Shown here piece after piece: positions 31,159 through 40,010 of a stretch of 64,000 bases of DNA. The DNA is taken from positions 42,710 to 106,709 of IMG/VR virus record IMGVR_UViG_2922326829_000003. One strand, 5' to 3'. Made by a program: the position numbers and the translations under genes. Position 1 is the first letter of the stretch. Each line of letters starts with the position of its first letter. The notes under the pieces are model-generated. The model did not search any database. It was not told the DNA's origin and was given only the letters and a program-made list of their open reading frames with translations. Source of the DNA: a virus (Duplodnaviria > Heunggongvirae > Uroviricota > Caudoviricetes).

Positions 31159-31746
31159 ATGGCAAAAAAGAATCAATTAACAACAAGCGATTACTTGGAG
31201 TACTCTGAATACGAAAGACTCCTGCAACTCTTACATGATGATAAAAAATATATTTGGGAACTTTACTCTCGACTATCATTTTGTACTGCATGTAGGGTTT
31301 CGGATGTTTTAAATTTACATTGGAAGGACATTCTGGATAAAGACCAGGTGACTGTTCTCGAAATAAAAACTGGAAAACTAAGAAGTATCAAATTTAACGC
31401 ATCTGTGAAGAAGAAAACCAATGAGTTGTACCGTTTGTTAGGCAGTCCTTCAATAGAAGAGCACATCTTTCAGACAAACCGCTCCAAAGGTGCTTTTACA
31501 AAACAGTACATTAACAGAAAGCTTAAAGAATTTAAAAGCAAATATAGGATTAATATTGGAAATTTTTCCACTCACACATTCAGAAAAACATTTGGAAGAT
31601 ATGTCTATGAAGCAAATAATAGAAGCGAGGAAAGCTTGATTCTCTTATGTAAAGTCCTCAATCATTCAAGCACAGCAATTACAAAAACATACATCGGAAT
31701 CAGACAAGATGAAATTGACAACATCTTCGATTCCATCAAATTCTAA
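31159..31746 (+). CDS. short tyrosine recombinase (catalytic domain only, 195 aa)
   Basis: Has the R..H-x-x-R..Y catalytic signature of phage integrases/Xer recombinases (CRVSDVLNL..HTFRKTFGRYVY..LNHSSTAITKTYIG) but no N-terminal arm- or core-binding domain. Confidence 0.5.
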   Translation: MAKKNQLTTSDYLEYSEYERLLQLLHDDKKYIWELYSRLSFCTACRVSDVLNLHWKDILDKDQVTVLEIKTGKLRSIKFNASVKKKTNELYRLLGSPSIEEHIFQTNRSKGAFTKQYINRKLKEFKSKYRINIGNFSTHTFRKTFGRYVYEANNRSEESLILLCKVLNHSSTAITKTYIGIRQDEIDNIFDSIKF

Positions 31747-31791
31747 AGTTCAGCGGAACTAATTCATTTTGAAGCGTGATAACACACGCCC

Positions 31792-32427
31792 TTGCATAAT
31801 CCCCAGTTGAATTTACTGCCAATTCTTTGGCAGAAAAACATTTTAATTATGTGTGACAACAAAGCAAGAGGTGTATCACGTACCTTAAATCAACACATCC
31901 AAAACTGTTCTATATGTGGTGACAGTTACGACCTCGAAGAATTTCAAAAACAACTGCCTTTGACGCAATTAATGAAACAAAGAAATATTTGTTTCAAATG
32001 TGCTTTTTGGTTAGATAAAATTGAAAACCCTAATCCAAACAGGGAAATTATTGATGGGCAGCACTGCACATTTCACCCTTCCCAAAATGAACGCTCATAT
32101 TTTCAAGGGTGTGGTGGTAGAGAGTTCTATATACTACGCAACGATAAATCTTTGGCCATGTCGAATAACGTATGGTTCCAAGGGAAAATACCTGATCGTT
32201 TTCGTGAAAGCCTTCCAAATACAGCTCAATTTATTTCAAAAAGAACTTATACAAAATTAAAAAATAACAGCTTTCAATGTAAAGCAAAAGGTTGCTGGGA
32301 TAGGTATCACTGCCTTAGGTATGACATTTCAATAGAAGAAGGCGCAGGCCCTTGGAATATAATTCCAAAAACACATAATCCAGGAGAAGAAAATTGCGAA
32401 AGCTTCATCAATAAAAATAAATTATGA
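31792..32427 (+). CDS. Cys-rich hypothetical protein (211 aa)
   Basis: ORF with several CxxC pairs. Confidence 0.3.
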   Translation: MHNPQLNLLPILWQKNILIMCDNKARGVSRTLNQHIQNCSICGDSYDLEEFQKQLPLTQLMKQRNICFKCAFWLDKIENPNPNREIIDGQHCTFHPSQNERSYFQGCGGREFYILRNDKSLAMSNNVWFQGKIPDRFRESLPNTAQFISKRTYTKLKNNSFQCKAKGCWDRYHCLRYDISIEEGAGPWNIIPKTHNPGEENCESFINKNKL

Positions 32428-32651
32428 TAAATATATTATTAATTGCAGTGTTCGTCATAATAGCTGTGGCAGCATGTACAGCATTTACATACTTAATCCA
32501 AAGCATCACATGTCAAAATTGTCCTCTGAAAGAAGAATGTCTAAAAGCATCAAAAGAAGGTAAAACCCCACCTTGCCAAAACAACATTCATTCCAACCCA
32601 TTTATTAACGATCAATTTTCAAACGGATTATGATGGCAATAATACTTATAG

Positions 32652-33032
32652 TTGGGGGCTGGCTGTTCAATTTCAGCAGATTTAAAGTCCAATGCAGATG
32701 CTAATTTAGTAATTGTTGATCAAGACTTTGAGCCAACAAAAACACCAACCATTCCAGATATTGATTGTGAATTAGAATACGCCAAACTACCTGACCCAAT
32801 AGACGTGGGGGTGGTGGAATACTACATCGTCAAATCAAAAACAAATCCTTTTAAAAGTATTTGTGAATGGCATTCTCAATTATCAAAACAGTTAGGCGGG
32901 AATTTCCGGAAAGTAATATACTGGAAGAGAATCAGAAGCCGGACATGGACTAAAAGTAAAAAACCAAGTGTAAGCAACATCACCAGTGTTGCTCAGTTAA
33001 TATTTGTAGTAGTATTTATTATAAAGTTATGA
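32652..33032 (+). CDS. hypothetical protein (126 aa)
   Basis: ORF only. Confidence 0.2.
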   Translation: MGAGCSISADLKSNADANLVIVDQDFEPTKTPTIPDIDCELEYAKLPDPIDVGVVEYYIVKSKTNPFKSICEWHSQLSKQLGGNFRKVIYWKRIRSRTWTKSKKPSVSNITSVAQLIFVVVFIIKL

Positions 33033-33538
33033 AATTCATTGACCGACTAAAAGTGGCGTTTGGATTAATGTTTAGCTCCAAATACATTGATGACCTGAAT
33101 GACCAGATACGCTCATCTAAAGATGAGAAAGATAAAATTGAGAAGGAATATACTCAAGCTGCCGAATGCTTTAATCAGGCAATTAAACTGATAGAGAAAA
33201 GCGAGAAGCAAAGATATTTCAGTAAATACAACGCCATTCCAATTGCAAAAATAGCTATACCAAATTTTGGATTTCCGGAAGTGGTAAAGACTCGCACAAC
33301 ATCACCACCAGCAAGATTTCATTTTGATGAGCAAGTTTTATCACTACAGCAAGCGAGATATCTCTATCAAATTGGAGATTGTCTTCATTGTGACTTACAT
33401 GGAGAAATTGCTTCAGAATTAGGGAGAAAACTGATAGAAGAAGGATTCGTGAATATAGAGCACCTTGCTCAGCCGTACAGCGATGCTTGTCACGATCTAC
33501 TTTCAACATTTCAAATAACAGTAAATTATTACGAATAA
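33029..33538 (+). CDS. hypothetical protein (169 aa)
   Basis: ORF overlapping the upstream stop. Confidence 0.25.
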   Translation: MKFIDRLKVAFGLMFSSKYIDDLNDQIRSSKDEKDKIEKEYTQAAECFNQAIKLIEKSEKQRYFSKYNAIPIAKIAIPNFGFPEVVKTRTTSPPARFHFDEQVLSLQQARYLYQIGDCLHCDLHGEIASELGRKLIEEGFVNIEHLAQPYSDACHDLLSTFQITVNYYE

Positions 33539-33543
33539 CATTT

Positions 33544-33819
33544 ATGAAAAGAATAACTATTCAAACAGACATAGACATTGATCCCAAGTTTTGGGCATTG
33601 CTTCCAGCACTCAATATCAATTTAGGATCAAAACAATTTGAGTTCGAATGGCTTTGTTTTGGGATTTATATCGGGAAATTGAAACCCGTAGCTACTAAGA
33701 AGAATATAATTGAATATGAGTTTCATATTTCCGTGGACTCCAAACCAGCTCTTAAAGCAGTCAGGAAAATTAAGAGAAAACTGATTTGGTTGAAAATCAA
33801 ATCAATCTTTTTTAAGTAA
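33544..33819 (+). CDS. hypothetical protein (~91 aa)
   Basis: ORF; internal ATG chosen to avoid overlap. Confidence 0.2.
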   Translation: MKRITIQTDIDIDPKFWALLPALNINLGSKQFEFEWLCFGIYIGKLKPVATKKNIIEYEFHISVDSKPALKAVRKIKRKLIWLKIKSIFFK

Positions 33820-33823
33820 AGGT

Positions 33824-34096
33824 ATGAATGCTGTTAGTGGGAAACCGGGAGATTCTGATTTTTCAGAAGAGTTTATAAAAAGAAGCAGAATACATCCATT
33901 GGAGTATAATATTTATCGCTCCATTTTATCAGGTCAAAATCCATATACAATAATTGAACAACTTGTTGGAAATCTCAATGAAGTCCATGAAGAACTAAAA
34001 AATATAAAACTTCATGGGTTGCCTCCAATTTACGTTGTCGTTTCAGAATCCACAATACAAGAATTAAAAACAAAAATTAATGAAACGAGTGATTAA
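33824..34096 (+). CDS. hypothetical protein (90 aa)
   Basis: ORF only. Confidence 0.2.
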   Translation: MNAVSGKPGDSDFSEEFIKRSRIHPLEYNIYRSILSGQNPYTIIEQLVGNLNEVHEELKNIKLHGLPPIYVVVSESTIQELKTKINETSD

Positions 34097-34592
34097 AACA
34101 TTATTGCTAAGTGTCACACTATGTAGTTTGCTGAGCTGTAACAAATCTCAAGAGCAACCAGCATTAGAAATTCCACAAATCATTGAAGAAGCGGTTCCGG
34201 TCATTTATTACAATGACACTGTAACCGAATGGCAAATTTTCACCCTTGCTCTAATTGAAGTAGAGAGCGAAAACAATCCGGGTATAATCGGAAAGACCAA
34301 CGACGGAGGAATCCTCCAGATAACTCCAATCTATGTGAAGGAAGTCAATCGAATACAATCCGAAGAGGTGTTTACGCTGGAGGATCGATTTGATATACAG
34401 AAATCGTTAGATATGTTTAATGCTATGAATGATTTTTATAACAAAGACCGGGACATCGAAAAAGCTATAAAACTGCACAACCCACATGCACCGGCAAGTT
34501 ATAGAGCAAAAATCCTAAAAAAGATGAAAGAGGTCTCTAAACGTGAGGCTGTAAGAAAACATTGTGTAAAATCAACAATTGGATTAACATGA
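34080..34592 (+). CDS. lipoprotein lytic transglycosylase (SLT-domain endolysin, 170 aa)
   Basis: Lipoprotein signal (LLSVTLCSLLSC) followed by SLT motifs (IEVESENNPG..NDGGILQITPIYV). Confidence 0.55.
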   Translation: MKRVIKTLLLSVTLCSLLSCNKSQEQPALEIPQIIEEAVPVIYYNDTVTEWQIFTLALIEVESENNPGIIGKTNDGGILQITPIYVKEVNRIQSEEVFTLEDRFDIQKSLDMFNAMNDFYNKDRDIEKAIKLHNPHAPASYRAKILKKMKEVSKREAVRKHCVKSTIGLT

Positions 34593-34933
34593 AAATCATA
34601 TATAATAATCTTATTCCACTAAAAGGCTTTAGTGCTATCAATCTCTTTGGGATTCTATTCGTAAAAAATGGAGTTGTGGCAACAGACAAATTAATCAATC
34701 ACGAGAAGATACATACAGCTCAGATTAAAGAATTGTTATATATTTTCTTTTATGTGCTGTATATGCTGGAGTGGTTAATCAGGTTGTTAAAATATGGAAA
34801 GCAAAGCTATTACAACATTTCTTTCGAACGTGAAGCCTATAGCAATGCAGGCAACCTCAATTATTTAAAAACAAGAAAAAAATTCTCATTTATTAAATAC
34901 TATGGATGTAAAAAATCTAAAAAAGAGCAGTAA
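34589..34933 (+). CDS. small membrane protein with HExxH motif (putative minimal metallopeptidase / lysis accessory)
   Basis: Has HEKIH followed by EREAY and a hydrophobic segment (LLYIFFYVLYMLEWLI); immediately downstream of the endolysin gene. Confidence 0.3.
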   Translation: MKIIYNNLIPLKGFSAINLFGILFVKNGVVATDKLINHEKIHTAQIKELLYIFFYVLYMLEWLIRLLKYGKQSYYNISFEREAYSNAGNLNYLKTRKKFSFIKYYGCKKSKKEQ

Positions 34934-35324
34934 GCTATTGCGTAGAATCGAAAATATAGATTCTGAAATTACAGAAATTGAAAAAGTAGCATTGGTAATT
35001 TCCAGTGGAAAATTTGAGTCAAGTTTTGAATTAAAAATAAATGATCTTTTAAATGAAGAGGTTAATCAAAAATCAATTCTTGATGAAGATGGGTCATTAA
35101 AAACTGGCAGTATATCTTTTGAAATACAAAATCCTCTTGCTATCCTGTATGGGTGGCCAACAAACAAGACCAAAAACAAAGTCGAAAAGCAGTTTGATTA
35201 CATCTTGAAACCATCGCTTTCAGAAGCATCTATTTTGAGAATTCTCGGAATACTATTAACTGAATTGATGGAAGAAAGAAACAGATTATTAGAAAAACTT
35301 AAAAAGAATGGTGTAACGATATGA
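34902..35324 (+). CDS. hypothetical protein (140 aa)
   Basis: ORF only. Confidence 0.25.
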   Translation: MDVKNLKKSSKLLRRIENIDSEITEIEKVALVISSGKFESSFELKINDLLNEEVNQKSILDEDGSLKTGSISFEIQNPLAILYGWPTNKTKNKVEKQFDYILKPSLSEASILRILGILLTELMEERNRLLEKLKKNGVTI

Positions 35325-35473
35325 TTGCAACAGTTATAATATTAATCCTCATGGTTGGAAATGTTTTTTTGCACTTGCTAAACATAAAGAACCAAAACCG
35401 GGAAGATACAACTTTTGGGTAACTTTTATATGTACCCTAATAGAACTCTGGCTTTTCTCTGCCGCTGGATTAT

Positions 35474-35914
35474 TTGACAAATTTAACATTTAATAATATA
35501 ACAAATACAATTATGCTTTTAGAAATTAACGAAATCAAACTACCTGAAGGTAAGCAAATGTGCGAAAAATACGCTTATCCAGGTCCAGGATTATTTGCAA
35601 TAAATGATGGAATATCTTATTATTTGGTTTATAATCCTCCAACAGATATGCTGCCTTTTATGATGCCTATTCCTGTTGAAATAGTGGCAGAACATTTCGC
35701 AAAAAATAAAGTCAGAGCTGCGGAGGAAGATTTGGTGGGCCGGGTGGTTAATAAACTCGATGACATGAGAAAGAGGCTGGAAGGAGACGCGAGTGTGTTG
35801 ACAGCTACACCTCAGTACTACCAGCCAGAAAAAATTGACGGCAATACTTTATTAAAAGCAATTGCAATAGCACAGAATCCGGAATTAGCAAAAGATTTAT
35901 TAAACAAAGAATGA
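35474..35914 (+). CDS. hypothetical protein (146 aa)
   Basis: ORF only. Confidence 0.25.
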   Translation: MTNLTFNNITNTIMLLEINEIKLPEGKQMCEKYAYPGPGLFAINDGISYYLVYNPPTDMLPFMMPIPVEIVAEHFAKNKVRAAEEDLVGRVVNKLDDMRKRLEGDASVLTATPQYYQPEKIDGNTLLKAIAIAQNPELAKDLLNKE

Positions 35915-36237
35915 CAATCAATATTACAGACAATAATTTGAAAGAGCTCATTGAAAACAGTGAAGCTTTAGTTGTAGACTTTTGGGCTGAATGGTGTGGT
36001 CCGTGCAAAATGATTTCACCTATTGTTGATGAACTGTCCGAACAATATGCTGGAAGGGTAACTGTAGGTAAAGTAAATATTGAAAATGATGATTGTCAAG
36101 AGATCGTAGCTGGAAATAGCATTCGAAGTGTTCCGACTATCTTGTTCTTTAGAAAAGGAGAACTTGTTGATAAACACATTGGTGGAGGTGCAAAAGATAT
36201 CTTGGAAAGCAAAATAAAGACATGCTTTAATAAGTAG
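35911..36237 (+). CDS. trxA: thioredoxin
   Basis: WCGPCK active site and thioredoxin-fold length (108 aa); a hairpin follows the stop. Confidence 0.8.
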   Translation: MTINITDNNLKELIENSEALVVDFWAEWCGPCKMISPIVDELSEQYAGRVTVGKVNIENDDCQEIVAGNSIRSVPTILFFRKGELVDKHIGGGAKDILESKIKTCFNK

Positions 36238-36242
36238 TGATA

Positions 36243-36272
36243 TAGCCGGGTGAAATGCCCGGCTAATAATTA
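36243..36272 (+). terminator. hairpin after trxA (possible terminator)
   Basis: Stem TAGCCGGG / CCCGGCTA with loop TGAAATG, followed by an A/T-rich stretch that is not a clean T-run. Confidence 0.35.
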
Positions 36273-36343
36273 TCTATAAAAATCACATCGAATCAGAACT
36301 TTTATAAACGACGTGATCTATTAGTAAATAAACGATATTTTAT

Positions 36344-36550
36344 ATGAAAAAATTAGAAGATATTAGAGGTCAATTAAAACCAGTTATGACAAATGATGAA
36401 CTGGCAGTGCTTTATGCTCAAATAAGTTATTTCAAGCCGAACAAAAATAGAGTTGGCAGATGGGCAAAAACTCTTGGTTATCGTTTAACAAAGCAAATGA
36501 TTGACAGGAAAGTGCTATGGTTTTATATTAATGAGCAAATAGAAGATTGA
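36344..36550 (+). CDS. hypothetical small protein (68 aa)
   Basis: ORF directly upstream of the rep-like gene. Confidence 0.25.
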   Translation: MKKLEDIRGQLKPVMTNDELAVLYAQISYFKPNKNRVGRWAKTLGYRLTKQMIDRKVLWFYINEQIED

Positions 36551-36551
36551 T

Positions 36552-38480
36552 ATGGAAAACATAAATTCAATCCCATACGCACATCATTATCGATGTTTTC
36601 CGCAGATGATTGGGTCAGCTGTGAACCAGTCTGTTTTCATGTATCTAATGGATGAATATTCTCACCGACTAAAAGACGGTAGACCATTAAGTTTCAATGT
36701 TAGTATAAATGAGATAAAAAAAGACAGGAACTTATCTTGGAAATCTGTTGCTAATAGCCTACAATCTTTTCAAAAAATGAAATTGATTACTTTTGATGGT
36801 AGCTTATGTACGTTAGATGGTGATCGATTTGTGTCCTTAATAAAAGGATTCAATAAAACTGGTGGCGAAGACAAGAGAAAAGAGTTTTCGGAGTTTCTCG
36901 AAAAAGGAGATTACGATTCATTAAAGAAATTCGGATTTCAGTTAGAACATAATTCAAAAAAGGAATTATTGTCTTTGAAAGGTGGCGGTGGGCTCTCACA
37001 AATATTAGAAGGTTCTAAGAAAAGTGAGAAGGTTATCACAAATTTTATAAGTGACTTCTCACAAATGTTAGAGCCTTCTAAGAAAAGTGAGAAGTCAATA
37101 CCCATCAATGCAACTCATAGTTCTAAGAAAAGTGAGAACCTTCTAACATTTCTTAGAAGCAACTCTTTGGAAATTGTTCAAATTATATCTGAGAGCTGTG
37201 ATAAAGCTCAGCTTTTAGGGTATTTTCAGATGAATTACAACCATTTTTTGTCGGATGATGATATTGAACAGATGGTTGAGGTTATTTTTGATAAGAACCA
37301 ACTGGAAAATGTTGATTTTGGTATTGAATGGTTCTCACTTTTCTTAGAACTGCTTCTCACTTTTCTTAGAAGGGGGTTCTCACTTTTCTTAGAAGAGGTT
37401 CTCACAAATGTTAGAACAGTAAATAAAGGAATAAATATAAATAAAATAAATAACGGGGAGGTTCTTTTTGAAAAGAACCAAAACACTTCTTCTAATTCGT
37501 CTTCGACTCATCAAAATTTTGAAGGCAATATTTCTCAGGATGAAAAAGAAGAATTTATAGATTTCAATTTTCTTAATGAAGTTTCAGGAAGCTATAAACG
37601 TTCAACTCTTAGCTATCAAGATTTAAAAAATAAAAGCAGACTGCCATATTTCCCAGTTGAAGAAATTGAAAAGATTATTTCTGACCCATCGAATTGTTTG
37701 GATCGTCCGGATAAGATTTTCATTAATCAGGTTTGGGAATGCTTGCTTCCATTTTTTGTTTCTGAAGAAGAAGGAGAAAATGAAGAGATAGTCGAATCTC
37801 AGTTAGACCCTGAAGGGATGTCTTTTTATGCAGATAGAATTATCCAAGATATCATAACCCCAGCCTTTCAAGAAACACAAGACATTATCTCCAGTGGAAA
37901 AATGAATGTTCGTGGAATTGAGCTTCCGGTTACTGCTTCCGAATTAGACCCTGATGATGTACAACGCATTCTTGACTTCCAGCTAACGGTAAAAGGCGAA
38001 GATCGTGTTTACATCATATCAAAAAAAAGCTTTAGAAACATTTTTGCCGATCTAATCCCAGTCACTCCAAAGAGAGCCACTAAAGAAGGGCGTGAAGAAG
38101 ATAAAGCTTATATGCAGGAGATTATATTGCTTGGCGATGATGATGAACGCTACAAAGATTTAACTCCGATTGAACTTGTTATCTATAATTTCCTCAGCGA
38201 TTATTTTAAAATCAATGAAGACGGAAGCGTTGAGGCTCCGACACAGAAGTTTGTTAATAGAGTGTCTTTAAGTAGGTTTTACTTGTCTGTAGCAGAAAAG
38301 GGCTTAACGGAAAAAGATTTTCTTAGCGTTTTATTTAGCAACACGCCAGATAAACAAACTGGATGCCTAACTTTAAAGCCAAGGATGTTCAGTTCAGCAA
38401 AGATCAAAGAATGGAACGCAATTAAAGGCCATGAGAGCAAAATTGAGATCAAAGACAATAAAACCCTCAAGCAGAAATAG
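36552..38480 (+). CDS. putative replication initiator / replisome organizer with embedded iterons (642 aa)
   Basis: Winged-helix-like N-terminus. The central part encodes repeated SKKSEK peptides because an 18-bp iteron array lies inside the ORF, as in lambda O-type initiator genes. Confidence 0.4.
   Translation: MENINSIPYAHHYRCFPQMIGSAVNQSVFMYLMDEYSHRLKDGRPLSFNVSINEIKKDRNLSWKSVANSLQSFQKMKLITFDGSLCTLDGDRFVSLIKGFNKTGGEDKRKEFSEFLEKGDYDSLKKFGFQLEHNSKKELLSLKGGGGLSQILEGSKKSEKVITNFISDFSQMLEPSKKSEKSIPINATHSSKKSENLLTFLRSNSLEIVQIISESCDKAQLLGYFQMNYNHFLSDDDIEQMVEVIFDKNQLENVDFGIEWFSLFLELLLTFLRRGFSLFLEEVLTNVRTVNKGININKINNGEVLFEKNQNTSSNSSSTHQNFEGNISQDEKEEFIDFNFLNEVSGSYKRSTLSYQDLKNKSRLPYFPVEEIEKIISDPSNCLDRPDKIFINQVWECLLPFFVSEEEGENEEIVESQLDPEGMSFYADRIIQDIITPAFQETQDIISSGKMNVRGIELPVTASELDPDDVQRILDFQLTVKGEDRVYIISKKSFRNIFADLIPVTPKRATKEGREEDKAYMQEIILLGDDDERYKDLTPIELVIYNFLSDYFKINEDGSVEAPTQKFVNRVSLSRFYLSVAEKGLTEKDFLSVLFSNTPDKQTGCLTLKPRMFSSAKIKEWNAIKGHESKIEIKDNKTLKQK
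36993..37417. repeat. iteron array: 18-bp TTCTAAGAAAAGTGAGAA x3 direct (37013, 37076, 37121), x3 inverted (37332, 37354, 37377), plus related TTCTCACAAATRTTAGA copies (36993, 37056, 37399) and TTCTAACATTTCTTAGAA (37141)
   Basis: Read directly from the sequence: identical 18-mers in both orientations at 22-63 bp spacing. Confidence 0.8.
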
Positions 38481-38594
38481 AAAACCTCTAAAATCGAAAG
38501 AAAACAACCTTTTCGCGCAAATTAAAACGAAACATAGAACCCTCAATGCCCATCCTTACGAAAATCTTAAATGCAAGGATGGGTATTATTGTTT

Positions 38595-39485
38595 TCAACG
38601 AGCAAGAAAATCTCTCAGCATTTCATTGATCCGGCCAAGATTTACCAGACAATCTTCTTGAGTCAAAAAATAATTCCCAGCAAAATATCTCATATTCGAA
38701 GTCTGCTTCCCTTCTTCTATAGCACTTGTCATCTTCATTTTATCAGTGATATACCAATACTTTTTGCCTATTTCTGCTTTAGGGTTTACCGGCTCAATTC
38801 GGTGCAACTTATCTTTCCAGCTCTTTCCAAGCTTATTCAGCCTATTTTCCAACCTTCTACGTTCGGTGACAGTCATGGTATCAAATATGTATTCGCTCAG
38901 TGGACCAATTTCTTCGTGCATCGAATAACGCGTTTCATTTGTTTGATAGATATGATAACAATAAAGCTCAAAACGATCTTCATCTTTAGATACCGACCTA
39001 ACAACACCAATACCCCTTACTCCCGGTTTTTTAAAGTTTACGCGCTCGTTTGTATGTGGAATGCGTCTCTCTATTACCAACTGGTTCTTTTCAGTATATT
39101 GCAATTCATTAATCATCAGGGTCCGGTTAAACAAAGCAATATCATCATCAACAGGCTTTGAAAGTTCGGATATTTTAGTTGATGAACGAGTTGTGTCAAT
39201 CTTATCTCCGTTTAAAGTTGCTTCGATTTTTGCATCAATCAGATTACAAGCCCCAACCATAATTAGCTTTCCATTATGCCAAGCAATATCGCCTGATCCG
39301 AAACCATTTTCAAACCATGAGAAGAAAGAAGAGGTATTTAATCCATCTGGAGAGATTTTGGGGGTGTATTCAAAATTTAAGTTTAACTCAACTTTGCAAA
39401 AAGAAGAGATAGCCTTCCAGTCTATTTCGGATTTGAATGTGTATTGCTCAAGGAACTTTTCGACTTGAAAATCTAATTTACTCAT
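38595..39485 (-). CDS. hypothetical protein (296 aa), the only leftward gene inside the rightward block
   Basis: Balanced composition, unlike the overlapping plus-strand ORF, which is low-complexity. It diverges from the 1.2-kb noncoding island. Confidence 0.45.
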   Translation of the reverse strand: MSKLDFQVEKFLEQYTFKSEIDWKAISSFCKVELNLNFEYTPKISPDGLNTSSFFSWFENGFGSGDIAWHNGKLIMVGACNLIDAKIEATLNGDKIDTTRSSTKISELSKPVDDDIALFNRTLMINELQYTEKNQLVIERRIPHTNERVNFKKPGVRGIGVVRSVSKDEDRFELYCYHIYQTNETRYSMHEEIGPLSEYIFDTMTVTERRRLENRLNKLGKSWKDKLHRIEPVNPKAEIGKKYWYITDKMKMTSAIEEGKQTSNMRYFAGNYFLTQEDCLVNLGRINEMLRDFLAR

Positions 39486-39768
39486 AATTGATTTTGTTAT
39501 ATTTCAGTTTAACGACAAATATAAGTATATTTTTTAATTTCGTGAAAATGAGCTTTAAAAAATCAATAATCCCCAGAAAACGAGACTAAATTTTCGGAGC
39601 CCGGAAAAAATTAGGATTTAGTATAACATGAATTTTGCATATAGATTGAAAATTGATTTTAACGAGCTGTGCTTTGTTTTAATAGGTCGGAGATACATCT
39701 GGATTCATTGTGGTACTGAAAGACTTATATAGCCCGTCTGAGACTCGTTTCCGGAACAATTCTGTTTA

Positions 39769-39993
39769 ATGGTTTTGGCTGGGAATATTTCCTTCAGTGA
39801 TTTGGTTAAAATGAATGTGCTGGAAGAAGATCGTTTACTTGATTCCAGTAAAGTTCAAGTTCCCCAGAAACGAAACTCAAAAAATGGGGTCGAAAATATA
39901 TATGGTATCCGCACACAAAGAGGCACCCACCCGCTTATTTTTTTTCTTATATTACTGGCTATCAACTACTTAAAAGGTTCACTTTTGCTATAA
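39769..39993 (+). CDS. small hypothetical protein (74 aa)
   Basis: ORF ending inside a strong terminator hairpin. Confidence 0.2.
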   Translation: MVLAGNISFSDLVKMNVLEEDRLLDSSKVQVPQKRNSKNGVENIYGIRTQRGTHPLIFFLILLAINYLKGSLLL

Positions 39994-40010
39994 GTGAACC
40001 TTTTTTCTTT
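39973..40010 (+). terminator. rho-independent terminator
   Basis: Perfect 12-bp stem AAAGGTTCACTT / AAGTGAACCTTT with a 7-nt loop, followed by a T-run. Confidence 0.7.

Noticed and set aside
36993-37417. Possible CRISPR array
   Set aside because: The repeats are 18 bp with irregular 22-63 bp spacing, occur in both orientations and lie within an ORF. This is an iteron/origin arrangement, not a repeat-spacer array, and no cas genes are present.
38571-39161. 196-aa plus-strand ORF overlapping gene 38595-39485
   Set aside because: Hydrophobic low-complexity translation. The minus-strand ORF is longer, has balanced composition and an upstream AT-rich leader, so the plus-strand ORF is judged spurious.
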